This document shows, piece by piece, positions 63,677 through 64,000 of a stretch of 64,000 bases of DNA; the first letter of the stretch is position 1; each line of letters opens with the position of its first letter. The notes under the pieces are model-generated. The model was not told the DNA's origin. It worked only from the letters and a program-made list of their open reading frames with translations, and made no database searches. This DNA comes from Camelus ferus (Eukaryota). Both the position numbers and the translations under genes were made by a program. The stretch covers positions 105,464,001 to 105,528,000 of the forward strand of contig NC_045697.1 of assembly GCF_009834535.1 (NCBI RefSeq), given 5' to 3'.

Positions 63677-64000
63677 GTATGAGAAAACAGGAACTGAGGT
63701 ACAACCAAATGCTGGACATAAAGTTTCCAGAAATGTTTTCTTCATGACTGCTGAGGAGCTGGCGATTAACACAACAGAATGTTTTAGGTTATGTTTCAAA
63801 TAATGGCATGAACTGGATGCTGAGATATTCTCCCCAAAGGGAAGGCGCAAGATTTCCTCTCAATGGAAAATTCATATTTGAAATGTCTGTGTGAAATATG
63901 TAAGCTAGAGCATTTCCATTTTGGAGCAGGATGAAGATTAAGGAAAATGCAAAGTCAGTTGTGTAAAATAACTTCAAAGAATTTTGATTCAGTAGAGAAA

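Overview
AT-rich, repeat-dominated mammalian genomic DNA. It is most likely camelid (alpaca/llama/camel): it has a vic-1-type tRNA-Ala SINE, cetartiodactyl-type L1 3'UTRs and an artiodactyl-type Tigger1 MITE, and I saw no ruminant, pig or cetacean SINEs. No host protein-coding gene is recognisable. The longer ORFs are L1 ORF2 pieces, antisense frames of L1/ERVL, or chance frames. About 13.6-56 kb is a deeply nested stack of LINE-1 (young camelid and ancient L1M/HAL1), DNA transposons (MER63A, MER5A, MER82, MER44, Tigger1a) and ERVL/MaLR pieces. Mostly unique sequence lies at about 4.2-7, 11-13.6, 29-31, 56.4-57.6 and 58.7-64 kb, with weak enhancer-like and non-coding-exon-like signals. The most unusual items are retrotransposition or repair products: (1) a ~350-bp TSD-flanked bipartite mini-L1 in which the L1 5' promoter end is fused directly to the 3'UTR tip (53710-54056); (2) a ~125-bp local templated insertion in the centre of a MER5A; (3) a young, fully open, tailless L1 RT fragment inserted without a TSD; (4) a deletion-inversion-deletion L1; (5) a collapsed MLT2/ERVL provirus; (6) a solitary poly(A) insertion. 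Repeat family names come from recognising consensus motifs by eye, not from a database search, so subfamily labels and the boundaries of old elements are approximate.
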